In this document: piece after piece, positions 49,066 to 60,112 of the stretch
How positions within the stretch are numbered: the stretch's first letter is position 1
Layout: every line of letters starts with the position of its first letter
Made by a program: the position numbers and the translations under genes
Origin: Octopus sinensis
Lineage: Eukaryota
Assembly (NCBI RefSeq): GCF_006345805.1
Contig: NC_042998.1
Span: forward strand, 90,396,001-90,460,000
Length of the DNA stretch: 64,000 bases
Direction: 5' to 3'
Notes under the pieces: model-generated
Databases searched by the model: none
Told to the model about the DNA's origin: nothing
Seen by the model: the letters and a program-made list of their open reading frames with translations, nothing else

Positions 49066-49789
49066 AGCATTGGTTGTGTACCTTTTTAATGAAATACCTC
49101 CTACCAGAATAATGCTTTATATAGCCTATCACAAAATTCCCCCCCAGTCGTGTTCTTCCTAATAAAACTATTTTAATTAGTTTAGTTGTTAGTTGCTACA
49201 TGTTACTGAAGTCTCCATCTACTCACTCTCTTTTTGTTGCTCTCTCATCTATCACTCACCAATATTACCCATTCAATGTACACTGCCACCTGTATAACAA
49301 AGGATGACATTTCAGATTTGTTTGTACTCAATATCTCTCTACTTCTAACCTTCTGTACTACTAGTCATCACTTCCTCAATCCTAGTTCACTCATTGGCAG
49401 TCATCTCTCTCTCTCTCTCTCTCTCTCCATCACTCATCTCTAGTGCTATATATCACATTTTATCTCTCTCACCATCACCCACCTTCAATTATTGTTTTCC
49501 ATCTCTCTCACACATACCCTTCCCGATCACTTATTGTTAACATTCATCCACTCTGTCACTTCCATTACCTCCTCTTTCATCAACTACTCTCCTTTCCTCT
49601 CATTTTTTATCCCATTTCACTTGTACCACTCATACTGAGTTTCTATTCAATCTCCTTACCAGTTAAGAATATATAGCTGCTATTACTTCCATTACTTTTT
49701 CACCTCGTCTTGCTTCTCTTTCTGTCTGTTGTGGGTGAGAATGTCAAAAGTTGTTGACCACTTTTCTCAGCAATGAGATACATAGTAGC

Positions 49790-50345
49790 AATAGCTGAAA
49801 AGACTTGTACAAGCTGGTGGAGTTGTTGACTCATTGAATGAGGGTGTTCAGCATTGTCGATATCTGAGCAGAAGGACAAACATTCAGATTTTTACATCTC
49901 TGGTTAACCCTGTCCTGTTCTACAGTTGTGAGACTAGGACGCTGTCTAGGACTCTTAGGATCTACCAGAACTCCTTTGATACCAGGACATGTCACAGGAT
50001 TATGGATTACCCCGTTGGTTGAATTTCATATCCAACCACTGAATCTAATCAGAAACTGGGATGCATCATGTTACTTGTTTGATTCAGGAACACCAGCTCA
50101 GACTGTATGGCTATCTTGCTTGATTTTCTGAGTTAGACCTTTCTTACTGCATCCTCTTGATTGAGGATCGAGCTGGGTTGACAGGTCATGTTGGTCAACC
50201 ATATGCCACATGTTCATAACAGATGAGGATCTTGCAGAAACGGGAACTGACTGGGACTCTGCTTGATGGGTTGCCTGAAAGGACCCAGGAATATACCTAT
50301 AAATGGTGAATGCAACAGCACATGCACCCACACCTCATCTGACCT
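49790..50345 (+). mobile_element. RTE LINE 3' fragment of a second family, degenerate
   Basis: RYLSRRTNIQIFTSLVNPVLFYSCETRTL is an RTE post-RT motif. Ends in ctgacctgac. Confidence 0.75.
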
Positions 50346-50639
50346 GACTCTTCTATTCATCTTCTCAGTGATGTCTTGAAAGAACAGAGACAAGATAGTG
50401 AGGACACTTGCAAGGGATAAGAAAACCTTACAGGAGTTGATGGATAACTGGAGACATCATAGGGTCAGGAAAACTCTTTAGCTTTCTAAAGACATTACAA
50501 TCTGTCTAGTAATGATTCCATAATAAAATATAATCAGTACACTATAAAGTGGTTGGCATTAGATTGTGAATCATGCTTTCTTTCATAACTAAGTGTAAAT
50601 TAGAATCAGGCATAACACTGTTAGCTGATGTTTTACTAT

Positions 50640-51700
50640 CATACTGCATTGTACATTTTTACATAAGCCTCATGCAGTCTGCTCTTCACTCAGAAAGGGA
50701 ATTTCTTTGTTACCAGCATAGTTAATAGCTCTGGTTTTTGAACATCTGTTTCTGCTGCTAATTTGGTCACCATGGTAACAGATGCTATCAAGTACCTCTT
50801 GGAAGTCTTCTGATTCTTTGGAAAAATGTTTTCCATGGGTGCTCTTAAAGCTAACTACTCTTGCATTTTCTACATACAGTCTTTTGTCCACCTGCCCATG
50901 ATTCACTGCTTCTATTAATCTCAAGCATACCCTTGTTTCAGATGGCAGTAAAATTCTGTATTTTTTCTTGCTAAGTAAAATTTGTATCTTTGCTAGGCTT
51001 ACTTTTAGATTTCTCTAGATTTTACTTCCTTTTTGGAAACTTTCCAGTAACGCTTTGGCTAATTCAATTTTGAGATTAGATTTTCTGATATACAGGAGTT
51101 CCCATCAATAGCTTATGTTCAATTTCTCTTTTATGACCTGGGAAACTATAATAAACAGAAGGAGGCTGGAAACTCAGCTCCAATGGATGTCTCCCTTATG
51201 TTCTGTACTCCTTACCAAGTCTCACTCTGCTGACAGCACTCCTGTACATGGATTGCATGTTTCTGACAAAGCCATTCATAACTTAGTCCATTGATTTAAT
51301 GTTGTTCTTTTCTAGAGCATCTGTTTTACCCTTTTTAGTCACTGACATCTAGTCCAGCCGCTTTCTCTTCCTCCATATCCTTTTGACAATATAGTTATCA
51401 ACTTCAATAACTGGTTCATCTCCCCAATGCGTTCTCCTTAGTACCATTTTCATTCTTCTTCTGTCTTGGCTTCAGTGAGGGTGAGTGTACCACTATTATA
51501 AGCACACTTTTCACCAATGATGTCTTCAATCCCACGAACACTGTTTTGCAAGTGCAACACCCCATATTAGAAAACATTGGCAAACCTCTTTCATACTCTC
51601 TGTGCTGATTATATCTAACATCAAGCTTCTCTTCTAGCTACTATCGTCACTGTTGCTCCTTTTATTAAGTCTTTACAAGCCTATCTCTTAGCTTTTATAA
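50640..51700 (-). mobile_element. Old RTE fragments
   Basis: EVLDSICYHGDQISS resembles EIVDSFRYLGDQVSS. KRFANV...EDIIGEKC resembles KKFANV...RDVVGEKC. Confidence 0.6.
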
Positions 51701-52211
51701 TGCTGTCTACATTACTATTCTACCATCATATCTGCTTGATTTACTCATTCTCTATCCATAGGTCTGGTTTGCGGCTCACAGGTAGTTGTTTCAGAAACTT
51801 AGGTTTTCTTCTATGTTTTAAGTTTCTATCTCTTAATTACTCAGTGTATCTTTCAAGTTATACCTAGTTGAGAGATCTTTCTGCTTCCATACTTTCCTTC
51901 TCCATAGTGTCTATGTCTCAGAATATAGATATATATTCAGAAATTTAAAAGACTTTACTGTTTTTTAAGATTATTTGTTCCTCATCAGTAATTCCCAACA
52001 ATTATAACACAAATGATTACAACAACAATAATGATAATAATAATATCAACAATAATAGCTGTACCATCAGTAATAATAGCTGTGATAGATAAAATGTCCA
52101 TCAGAGAGCTACATCTGACTTTGTTCAGACTGATTATGCAATAGCCTAAATGCTCTCACCCACCCACAACCATTTTTGTGACTCATTTGGCTCAATTCTG
52201 TGAATCATACA

Positions 52212-52436
52212 TTAACCCTTTTGATATTAGTTTACCAGAGACAGCCTCTAGGTCTACGATAGAAACATCTAATTTTAAAGTGATGTAAATTAAACCCTTC
52301 CACCAAAATTTTATTTTAATTTGTTCCAAACACCAGCTTAATTAATAAAAACAATTATTTTCTTAAATTCTTTATTCAAAGTTAATTGAAATGCAGGTGG
52401 TGTATTTTGTTGGAAATATGGTAATGAAAAGGTTAA
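52212..52436. mobile_element. piggyBac-like MITE, second family
   Basis: TTAA-CCCTTTTGAT ... GAAAAGG-TTAA. Related copy at about 53448-53673. Confidence 0.7.
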
Positions 52437-53706
52437 TAATTTGCAAATAAATGAGATGAAAACAGATGTTGTATAGGATGATTAAATTCTCAAGAGTTAA
52501 AAGAAAGATAAAAACATTTGGTAAATAACATTTCATTGTAGATGTTATGATTGACAAGCTACTTGCTAAGTGACCTGGTATGTTATATTTGCAGTGTTAA
52601 CAAAACACCAACAAAAACAGTTTAGGCTAATTAACATTCAGCCCATGTTGTTCATTTAGTTCTTCCTGATCAACCAGATGTAATACTGGCTACCCAACAA
52701 TCTTTAAGTTCTTGAGTGTAACAACCAATGCAGACTAACTATAAAACAATGGACCACATTGATGATTCAGTTGATGGGTAAAATGTTTTGATTATTTAAC
52801 CTGAACTTATTGAAGGGGGGAAATATTTAGAAAAGTTCTTTTGTGAACAGAAAGGATCTGTTCAAAAGTAATTTTGCATTTATGAATATGTGTGTGAGGA
52901 ATAGAAGTGTTTTAATTGCTAAGATAGCAATATTAATCTGGATAATGTGTAGTATTTTCATTAAAGATGTTGAAGCACCAAATAACTTTCAACATATGAA
53001 AAATAACTGCATTGAAACTCTTCACAAATAGTTACATTCTTTGAAAGAAAATTTTAGTATCCTATGTAATCATTGCAACTCAAAGTGGTGTTTCCTGTAA
53101 GATCTCTCAGCTTTATGGTTCAAATTATTGAAATTATATCTTTAAAAGGTTGGTGTTTCCTAGTATTGGCATACAAATGTAACACTGAATCAAAATCATG
53201 TATTTTGTTTTCAGTATATTAACTTCATGAATACCTTATAAAAATGTGTAATGCAAGGTACCCCAGGTCTTTTGATCTAATCTATCCCTGAAGTGAAACA
53301 AAAGAAAATAATTTTGTAAAAAGTGTTTAAAAGTTGTAAGGATAACAGAAAAACATTGAGACCATATATCAAAGAATTCCTTGAACTAACTGAGAACTGC
53401 TGATTTCAACTTATACTAATTATTTCCAGTTCTCTGTCACAGATGTCTTACTCCTTTTCATAGCAACCTGCCTGAAACTGCCTCTAGCTCTAGTATAAAT
53501 GTCTTGTTTCCAAAAGTTCTGAATTAAAATCTTCCACCAAACCTTAGTCAGTTTATCTTCCTAACACTAGCTTCATGATAACTAAGTTATTTTACTAAAT
53601 TCTTTGTTATATTTAAAACTAATTGAAAGAACCAGAGAGCATCTCAGCAGAAGTATGGTAACAAAAAGGTTAATATTTAATTTTGAAAACCCACGTTAAA
53701 CATATT

Positions 53707-54070
53707 CTTTTACTCTTTTACTTGTTTCAGTCATTTGACTGTGGATATGCTGGAGCACCGCCTTTAGCCGAGCAAATTATTTGTAAGCCTAGTACTTATT
53801 CTATTGGTCCCTTTTGCCGAACCGCTAAGTTACGGAGACATAAACGTACCAGCATCGGTTGTCAAGCCATGTTGGGGGGACAAACATATACACATATATA
53901 TATATACGACGGGCTTCTTTCAGTTTCCGTCTACCAAATCAACTCACAAGGCTTTGGTCGACCTGAGGCTATGGTAGAAGACACTTGCCCAAGGTGCCAT
54001 GCAGTGGGACTGAACCCAGAACCATGTAGTTAGTAAGCAAGCTACTTACCATACTGCCACTCCTATGCCT
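53707..54070 (-). mobile_element. SINE family C, full length
   Basis: Reverse complement from tail (ttttactcttttacttgtttcagtc) to head (ccactcctatgcc). Confidence 0.9.
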
Positions 54071-54255
54071 GTTCATTTTTCCATCTTAGATTGTCTCACT
54101 TTCATTGCTTTTTGTTAGATTTCCTCTTTGTAATAATGGAATTATTCCTATTATTAACTCTAAAACATATTTTCATTTTCAATCTATATATTTTTACCCT
54201 GAATTTTTAAACTTTATTTTTATGATTATTTCTTTCTATTTTTTAACTATCCTAG

Positions 54256-54462
54256 CAGGAAGCTGAAAATGGAGAAAAGGAAGAAGATGAAGAAGGAGAC
54301 GATGAAGATGATGAAGAAGAAGATGATGATGAAGATGAGAGCGAAGAAGACAGTGAGGAAGAAAGTGAAGAAGATAGTGAAGAAGAATCTAGTGAAGTAG
54401 AGAGTGAAGGAGAATATATAGAAGATGGCATTGATGAAGAACGTCAAAGTGGTGATGGTGAG
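54256..54462 (+). CDS. CASC3: CASC3 exon 4 (acidic D/E tract; phase 0 to 0)
   Basis: TAG/CAG tandem acceptor. Ends ...EERQSGDGE (vertebrate ERQSGDGQ). Donor GTATGT at 54463. Confidence 0.9.
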
Positions 54463-54734
54463 GTATGTTGTGAATACTGCATTACAAAAATAATTTGTCA
54501 TGAGAAACCTAATTACTTTGTTAGTAAAATATTAAAATATTGTAAATATTAAAAATCAATGGCTTGAATATTTGGAAAGAAGTGAACATTAATATGGTTT
54601 TGTTTGTGGTGGACATTTTTTATCAAACTTAATGTCAAATTTTACTTGCTTGGAATTTACATTTTTGTCCTAAATAGAGACCTCTTTATCTGTCATTTTT
54701 TAAGTATGTAATTTCTTTCCTGTTGGTCTTTCAG

Positions 54735-54877
54735 GAACAACCAATTGATGATAAAGATAAAGAACTGGATGATGATGAAGATCGAAGGAACCCTGCTTAT
54801 GTTCCAAGACGGGGAGCTTTTTATGAACATGATACTCGCATCACTGAAGATGCAGAGAAGGAACAGATAAGATTGAT
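54735..54877 (+). CDS. CASC3: CASC3 exon 5 (first half of SELOR/Btz domain; phase 0 to 2)
   Basis: LDDDEDRRNPAYVPRRGAFYEHD. Acceptor ctttcAG. Donor GTGGGT at 54878 is the only GT giving the required phase 2. Confidence 0.9.
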
Positions 54878-55979
54878 GTGGGTCTAATGAGATTTTCTGA
54901 AAATTGTTGTAATCCTAACATATAATAAATTAACTAATTTCACATGCATTATAAAAGGCACACTAGTCATATGATAGGACTAAGCATTTAATAATATGAA
55001 TTTCTTTAAGGTTGTTGATGTTATAAGCATAATTGTGGAACATTGCATGTTTTATACTTCTTTGACTAACTTATTGTAGTCAGCCAATGTATGTGTAAAA
55101 GTTTTGATGGCATTTTAAGATATTGAATGAACAAATGAACACAAATATATTGTGTTCATTTAATATCAACTGTCATAGTTTGGACAAGGAATTATGTGAG
55201 ATAGAAATTTACAGCCAGATGCTCTTTCTGTTATCTCTTACCTGTTTTTCCAGTAAGGGTTGTTTTTTTTTATTCCACTAGTCTTTAAAAGTGCAGAGCA
55301 ATCAGTCACAATATCAACAAGAATTGTAAACATATTGCTGTTTCACTCAGGCACTGACAAGTAAAGCTATAGAATATCAGCATCCCACCCCACTACCATA
55401 TATATGCTTGTTCACCGTCACTCCTATTTCTGTCCATCACCTACTCTCTTCCTCACACATACCCTTGCAAACTTTACTTGCTCTTTTTAATCTTTCTATC
55501 TCCATGCTCTTTTCTATATCACCTTTTTTAGACATACTAATTTGAGTGTGTAGTCAGGCACCTCATTACTATCATCTCTATCTTTTTTCTAGTACCACTC
55601 TAGCCATCCTTGCCCACTCATATATAATGTAGGGTAGCCCTGAATCTTGCTCACAACAGTAACTCTGTTCCTTCCATCAACACCTCACATGACCCACCTC
55701 CCTCTCTCCTGTTCTTTCTGTCAGTCAAGAGGCCTCTTTAATGTTGCAAGTCACTGGACCACTTCACTAGTGCAGTGTCATGAAAAAATCACCCAGTACA
55801 CTGTTAGATGATTGGTATTAGGAAGAGCATTCAACTATAGAAACCATGTTAAAAGTAAGACATTGGTGCAAAGTATGGTCATACAACCTACTGGATCCTG
55901 TTGAACCATCCAACTCATGTCAGCAGCAAATAATTTTAGCATCTAATGACTATCTCTTATGACCTAACTGCTTTCTCTG

Positions 55980-56700
55980 CTTTCCATAGTTACACTTTTG
56001 ACCGTATAGTTGTCAACTTGGTTAGCTAATCCTTCTATTGGTTCTACTTAGGGTAGCTCCCATGTTCAGCAACTTCTCATGGTAACATTTACATCTCCTT
56101 TCTCAGCAGTAATGTTGGCATGTGTGCTACAACCATTCTGCAGACATGTTTCATGAACGATGTCTAGATTCGGTTGTCACAATGCCTTTTAATTCAGAAT
56201 ATCTCACACTCCTGATTGTCTCTTTGCAGAATAATGGCAAACCTCTTACCATTTTCCTCCACACTACGTATACCTGAAGTTTACCTTCTGTTTTAGCAGC
56301 TTCATATTGTTCTTTGATACCCACTTATGTCTCTTTAATTTTATGATTCTATTTGCTACACTGTTCCATCACCATCTCATCTTACATTTGGCTAGAACCT
56401 TACTCCATCCACCTGTCTGATCTGTAGCTTGTAGCAGGTTGTCTCATAAAAGCTTTGAGTCCCATAGACGCTTATCATTTAGTGTCTGTCTTCCATGGCA
56501 TAGATTGGATGATTCTATATGCCAGAGGACTGCATCAAGCTCTTATGTTTTTGGTAGTGTTTCTACAACTGGATGCTCTTCTTAATGCCAACCACTTCAT
56601 AAAGTGTACTGGTACTGGTTTTCATTGCACCTGCACTAGTAAGGTTACCAGAGAGGGAGGTGGCTTGATGCCAGGTGTTAAGAGTCTAAAGTATAATAGA
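55980..56700 (-). mobile_element. Highly degenerate RTE ORF and UTR fragments
   Basis: W*WNSVANRII resembles WWWNNIVDRAI. UTR-like ctggatgctcttcttaatgccaaccac. Confidence 0.55.
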
Positions 56701-57252
56701 GGGACAGGAACATGTCTTGCTGGCTATTCTACATTACATAAGGGTTGGTAGGAGTAAGCTGGGATGAGAGATATAGGTGCTGGTGACAAGGTGTCAGGCT
56801 ATAACTTCAAGGTACATGAAGGTGAGTAGAAGAGAGAATCAGGAAGGGTGGATCAGTGTATTCACGAAAAGGTGAGAGGAAAGTGACCGATGATCCAAGA
56901 GGTGGATAGAGGTGAATAATGAACAAGCTTGTAGATGAAGTCAGTGGTAGTGGGGAGCTGAAAGAAATAGAAATGGAAGGAGAGATGATTAGTAGCTGTA
57001 CAAAAAGAGTGGAGAGCAGCAGTATAAAACTATTGAGCAATGAGAAATAGGGATCAAGGGGTGATAAATGAGAAACATGATGGTGGGAGGAGTGACATGA
57101 AAGTCAGAGATACATGGGTTATAATGCCAAACAAAGATGGGAGCAGTCTGTGGCAGATATGAGAGGGTTCTTATTTTATGTCTTCACTATTTGTTTGTGT
57201 TTGTATGTGTGTGTGTGTATATATGTATGTGTATATATTTATATATATAAAC

Positions 57253-57663
57253 AAAGAGATGGCACAGGAAAAAAATGTTATGTAATGAACTTCATTAGCT
57301 GACAGCTGTTTCTGCTATAAGATGTGGTGGACTCTTAGTTGAGTACCAGGACAACATCCTATGGCTTCATCAGAGGCTTGAATATGAAGTGCACTTTATT
57401 TGGGAAAGTTACATTTTCAGAACATACAGGCATTATGGGTGAGAAAGTTTATGTTGATGGTTATAAACTTTCTCATTCATAATGCCTGGATGCTCTGAAA
57501 ATGTAACTTTCCCAAATAAAGTGCACTTAATATTCAAGGCCCTGATGAAGCTATAGGATGTTATCCTGGTACTCAACTAAGAGACCACTTCATCTTATAG
57601 CAGAAGTAGCTGTAAGCTAATGAAGTTCATTACATAACATGTTTTTTCCGGTATCATCTCTTT
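57253..57663. mobile_element. Foldback palindrome with a hammerhead-like motif in each arm (CASC3 intron 5)
   Basis: Arms 57253-57452 and 57463-57663, 10-nt loop. Minus strand CTGATGA (57373-57367) ... GAAAC-AGCT-GTC (57312-57301). Confidence 0.8.
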
Positions 57664-57739
57664 CTATTACCACTCTATACTCATATAATATTGTGTTCTG
57701 GACCATACGTATTTTGAGTTCTACACCAGGTTATTAGTC

Positions 57740-57935
57740 TCGGTAAGCCTAAGTAAAATTGATATAAATGTATATTTCTATTTTCTCTCCTTCCTTATTT
57801 CTGCATTCCTTTCTGTCAAAGAGCATAGGCTCAAAACGTAAAAGACTTTCTCACTTCCTGGGCACTAAACCAATACATCTGTTTGTTGTTTACACACCCA
57901 TCTTCATTTTTTTTTTTTTTTTTGTAAATTCACAC
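57740..57935 (+). mobile_element. Penelope-like-derived repeat with decayed minimal hammerhead (57809-57844)
   Basis: CTTT-CTGTCAA-A-GAGC-ATAG-GCTC-AAAAC-GT-A-AAAG. Second copy at 18693-18877. Confidence 0.6.
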
Positions 57936-57983
57936 TATATATAATGTATGTATGTATAATTTTTTGTTTTTTCTGTTTTGTAG

Positions 57984-58148
57984 ACCAAAGAAGAAACTAT
58001 GGAAAGATGAAGGGAAATGGCAACATGACCGTTTCCGAGAAGATCAGCAGGCTCCAAAATCTCGTGAAGAATTGATGGTTATTTATGGTTATGACATACT
58101 TGCAAGTGATCAGCCACCTGCTGCACCTCCAAGAATGAACAAACCCCA
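57984..58148 (+). CDS. CASC3: CASC3 exon 6 (second half of SELOR/Btz domain; phase 2 to 2)
   Basis: PKKKLWKDEGKWQHDRFREDQQAPKSREELMVIYGYDI matches vertebrate RKLWKDEGRWEHDKFREDEQAPKSRQELIALYGYDI. ttttgtAG acceptor, GTAAGA donor. Confidence 0.96.
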
Positions 58149-58344
58149 GTAAGAAGAAATTTTCTTTACTTGTTTAGAATATTTTCTCTTCCTTTCAGGT
58201 TAGTACTTTTAAAATTACATGATTTTTTTTAATGAGGATAAAATAGATCAGCTCATCTTTCATAATTTAATGGCTCATAAACTAAAAACAAAACATCTTC
58301 GTTTTGCACTTCATATTAAAAATTAATTTTGCTCTTTATATGTA

Positions 58345-58955
58345 CAAGTATGGCTGTGTCATTAAGAAACTTGCTTTGCAACCATGTAGTTTTGGGTTCA
58401 GTGCCACTGTCTGGCACTTTGGGCAAGTGTCTTCTATATCCCCAGGCTGACCAATGTTTTGTGAATGAACTTAGTGGACAGTAACTATGTAGAAGCCCAT
58501 CATGTGTACATATGTGTATGTGTCTTAGTATCTGTGTTTGTCCCCCCCCCCCAGCTCCCAGCAGTGTTAGTTTGCTTACATCTCTGTAACTTAGCAGCTC
58601 AGGAAAAGAGTTTTGATAGAATAAGTAACAGACTTAAAAAAAAAAAGTATTTGGATCAATCTGTTCAACTAAAACCCTTTAGTATTTAAACCGGCCATAT
58701 CCGGCCAAAATAGCTAATCTGTTTTATGTTCAAACTGACCAGATCCAGGCCCTCACACCTACCCTACAATGTTATTCTACATTAAGTAATTACACCATCA
58801 AGATCTTGAAGATATGAGATAATGCATGATTAATTCAAATCAATGGGAATCAATAAGCATTATGTTTGATAGAATAATCTGAACACTAAAGGGTTAAGGT
58901 AGTGTCCCAGCATAGCCACAGTCCAATGGCTGAAACAAGTAAGCAAGATGAAAGA
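58345..58955 (+). mobile_element. SINE family C with nested piggyBac-like MITE (58675-58897)
   Basis: The SINE tail resumes after AAAGGG-TTAA (ggtagtgtcccagcatagccacagtc). Confidence 0.8.
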
Positions 58956-60112
58956 TAAAGATAAATGGAATAGTATCTATTGGCCGATACTATTCCATTC
59001 TTTGGTGGCAATCTCTTCTCAGTAAACAAGAGTACAACTCAGATTTGATTAATATTCAAATCTTTGCCATTTTACTGTCATCTTTTTTAATTGGTTGCAA
59101 CCAAAATGTGTTCTGCTACACTACATCAGGAATCTTTGTCCTTCATTAACTTTTGTAGATCTTCTAATTAGAGGCTTACTTTATTCATTAATCTTTTTGA
59201 AAAAATGCATTCATGTTAAAACTTATTCCATTTTCTCTTCCCTTACTATTTCATGTTTCATGCTTATGTAAGAAACATTTCTCAGGTACATAAATATTCA
59301 TGTTGTTTTTTATGCTGTAGGTTTAGTTTTGATTGCAGAAACTATACATGGAGTAACTGTAATCAGTGAATTACTTCAATTCATATCAGCTTTTACAAAC
59401 TCTATTTAAATTAGCTAATTTTGTTAGTTTGTTTCTCTATTGTATGTTCATGAAGCAACTAGAATAACTTACATTACCATTTGTATTGATATTGAAAGGC
59501 AGATCAATAAAAAAAATTTCTATCCTGGACATAGTGGATTGGCAGATTTGTTTGGAGTATTGGATAAGGTGCTTTTTTAGTCTCTGTTCCAATCTACATT
59601 CTGTGTTCAATTCTGCTCCATGACCAAAAAAACCATGACACTTCTGTCAGAAGTTGTGACTGCAGACTCAGCAACTGAAAAACCAATGAAAGCATAGTTT
59701 CATTGGTTTTACTTGAAGATAGACTGCTATTGTTTGCTTTGAACAAGTAATTTGAAAGCTTTTAATATAGAACTTTATAGATTTTTGAGGGGAAAAAATT
59801 GTTACATGCAGTTTATGTGACATCAATTGTAATCTGTGAATCTTTTACAGTAATCTACTTTATATATTTTTGATTTAATTGACATTTAATGTAGTAAGTT
59901 ATTATGACTGTTTCCTGGACTGAAGTAATTTGTCTGTAATGGTTAGTGTGTGGATGGTGGTTATGTCTTAAGAAAAATCACTTTGTTAGAATTCCTGGCT
60001 AGTGTGTCTTTATAAAGTATCACTTTAGCTTGCTAACTGTTATTTTGAGTCATCCTTTTATTTGACAATATATTGACTAAAGCTATTAACTATGAAAATT
60101 GTTTTATTCTAG

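Noticed and set aside
54247-54501. Minus-strand Phe/Ile-rich ORF resembling a membrane protein
   Set aside because: It is the antisense of the GAA/GAT-rich CASC3 exon 4.
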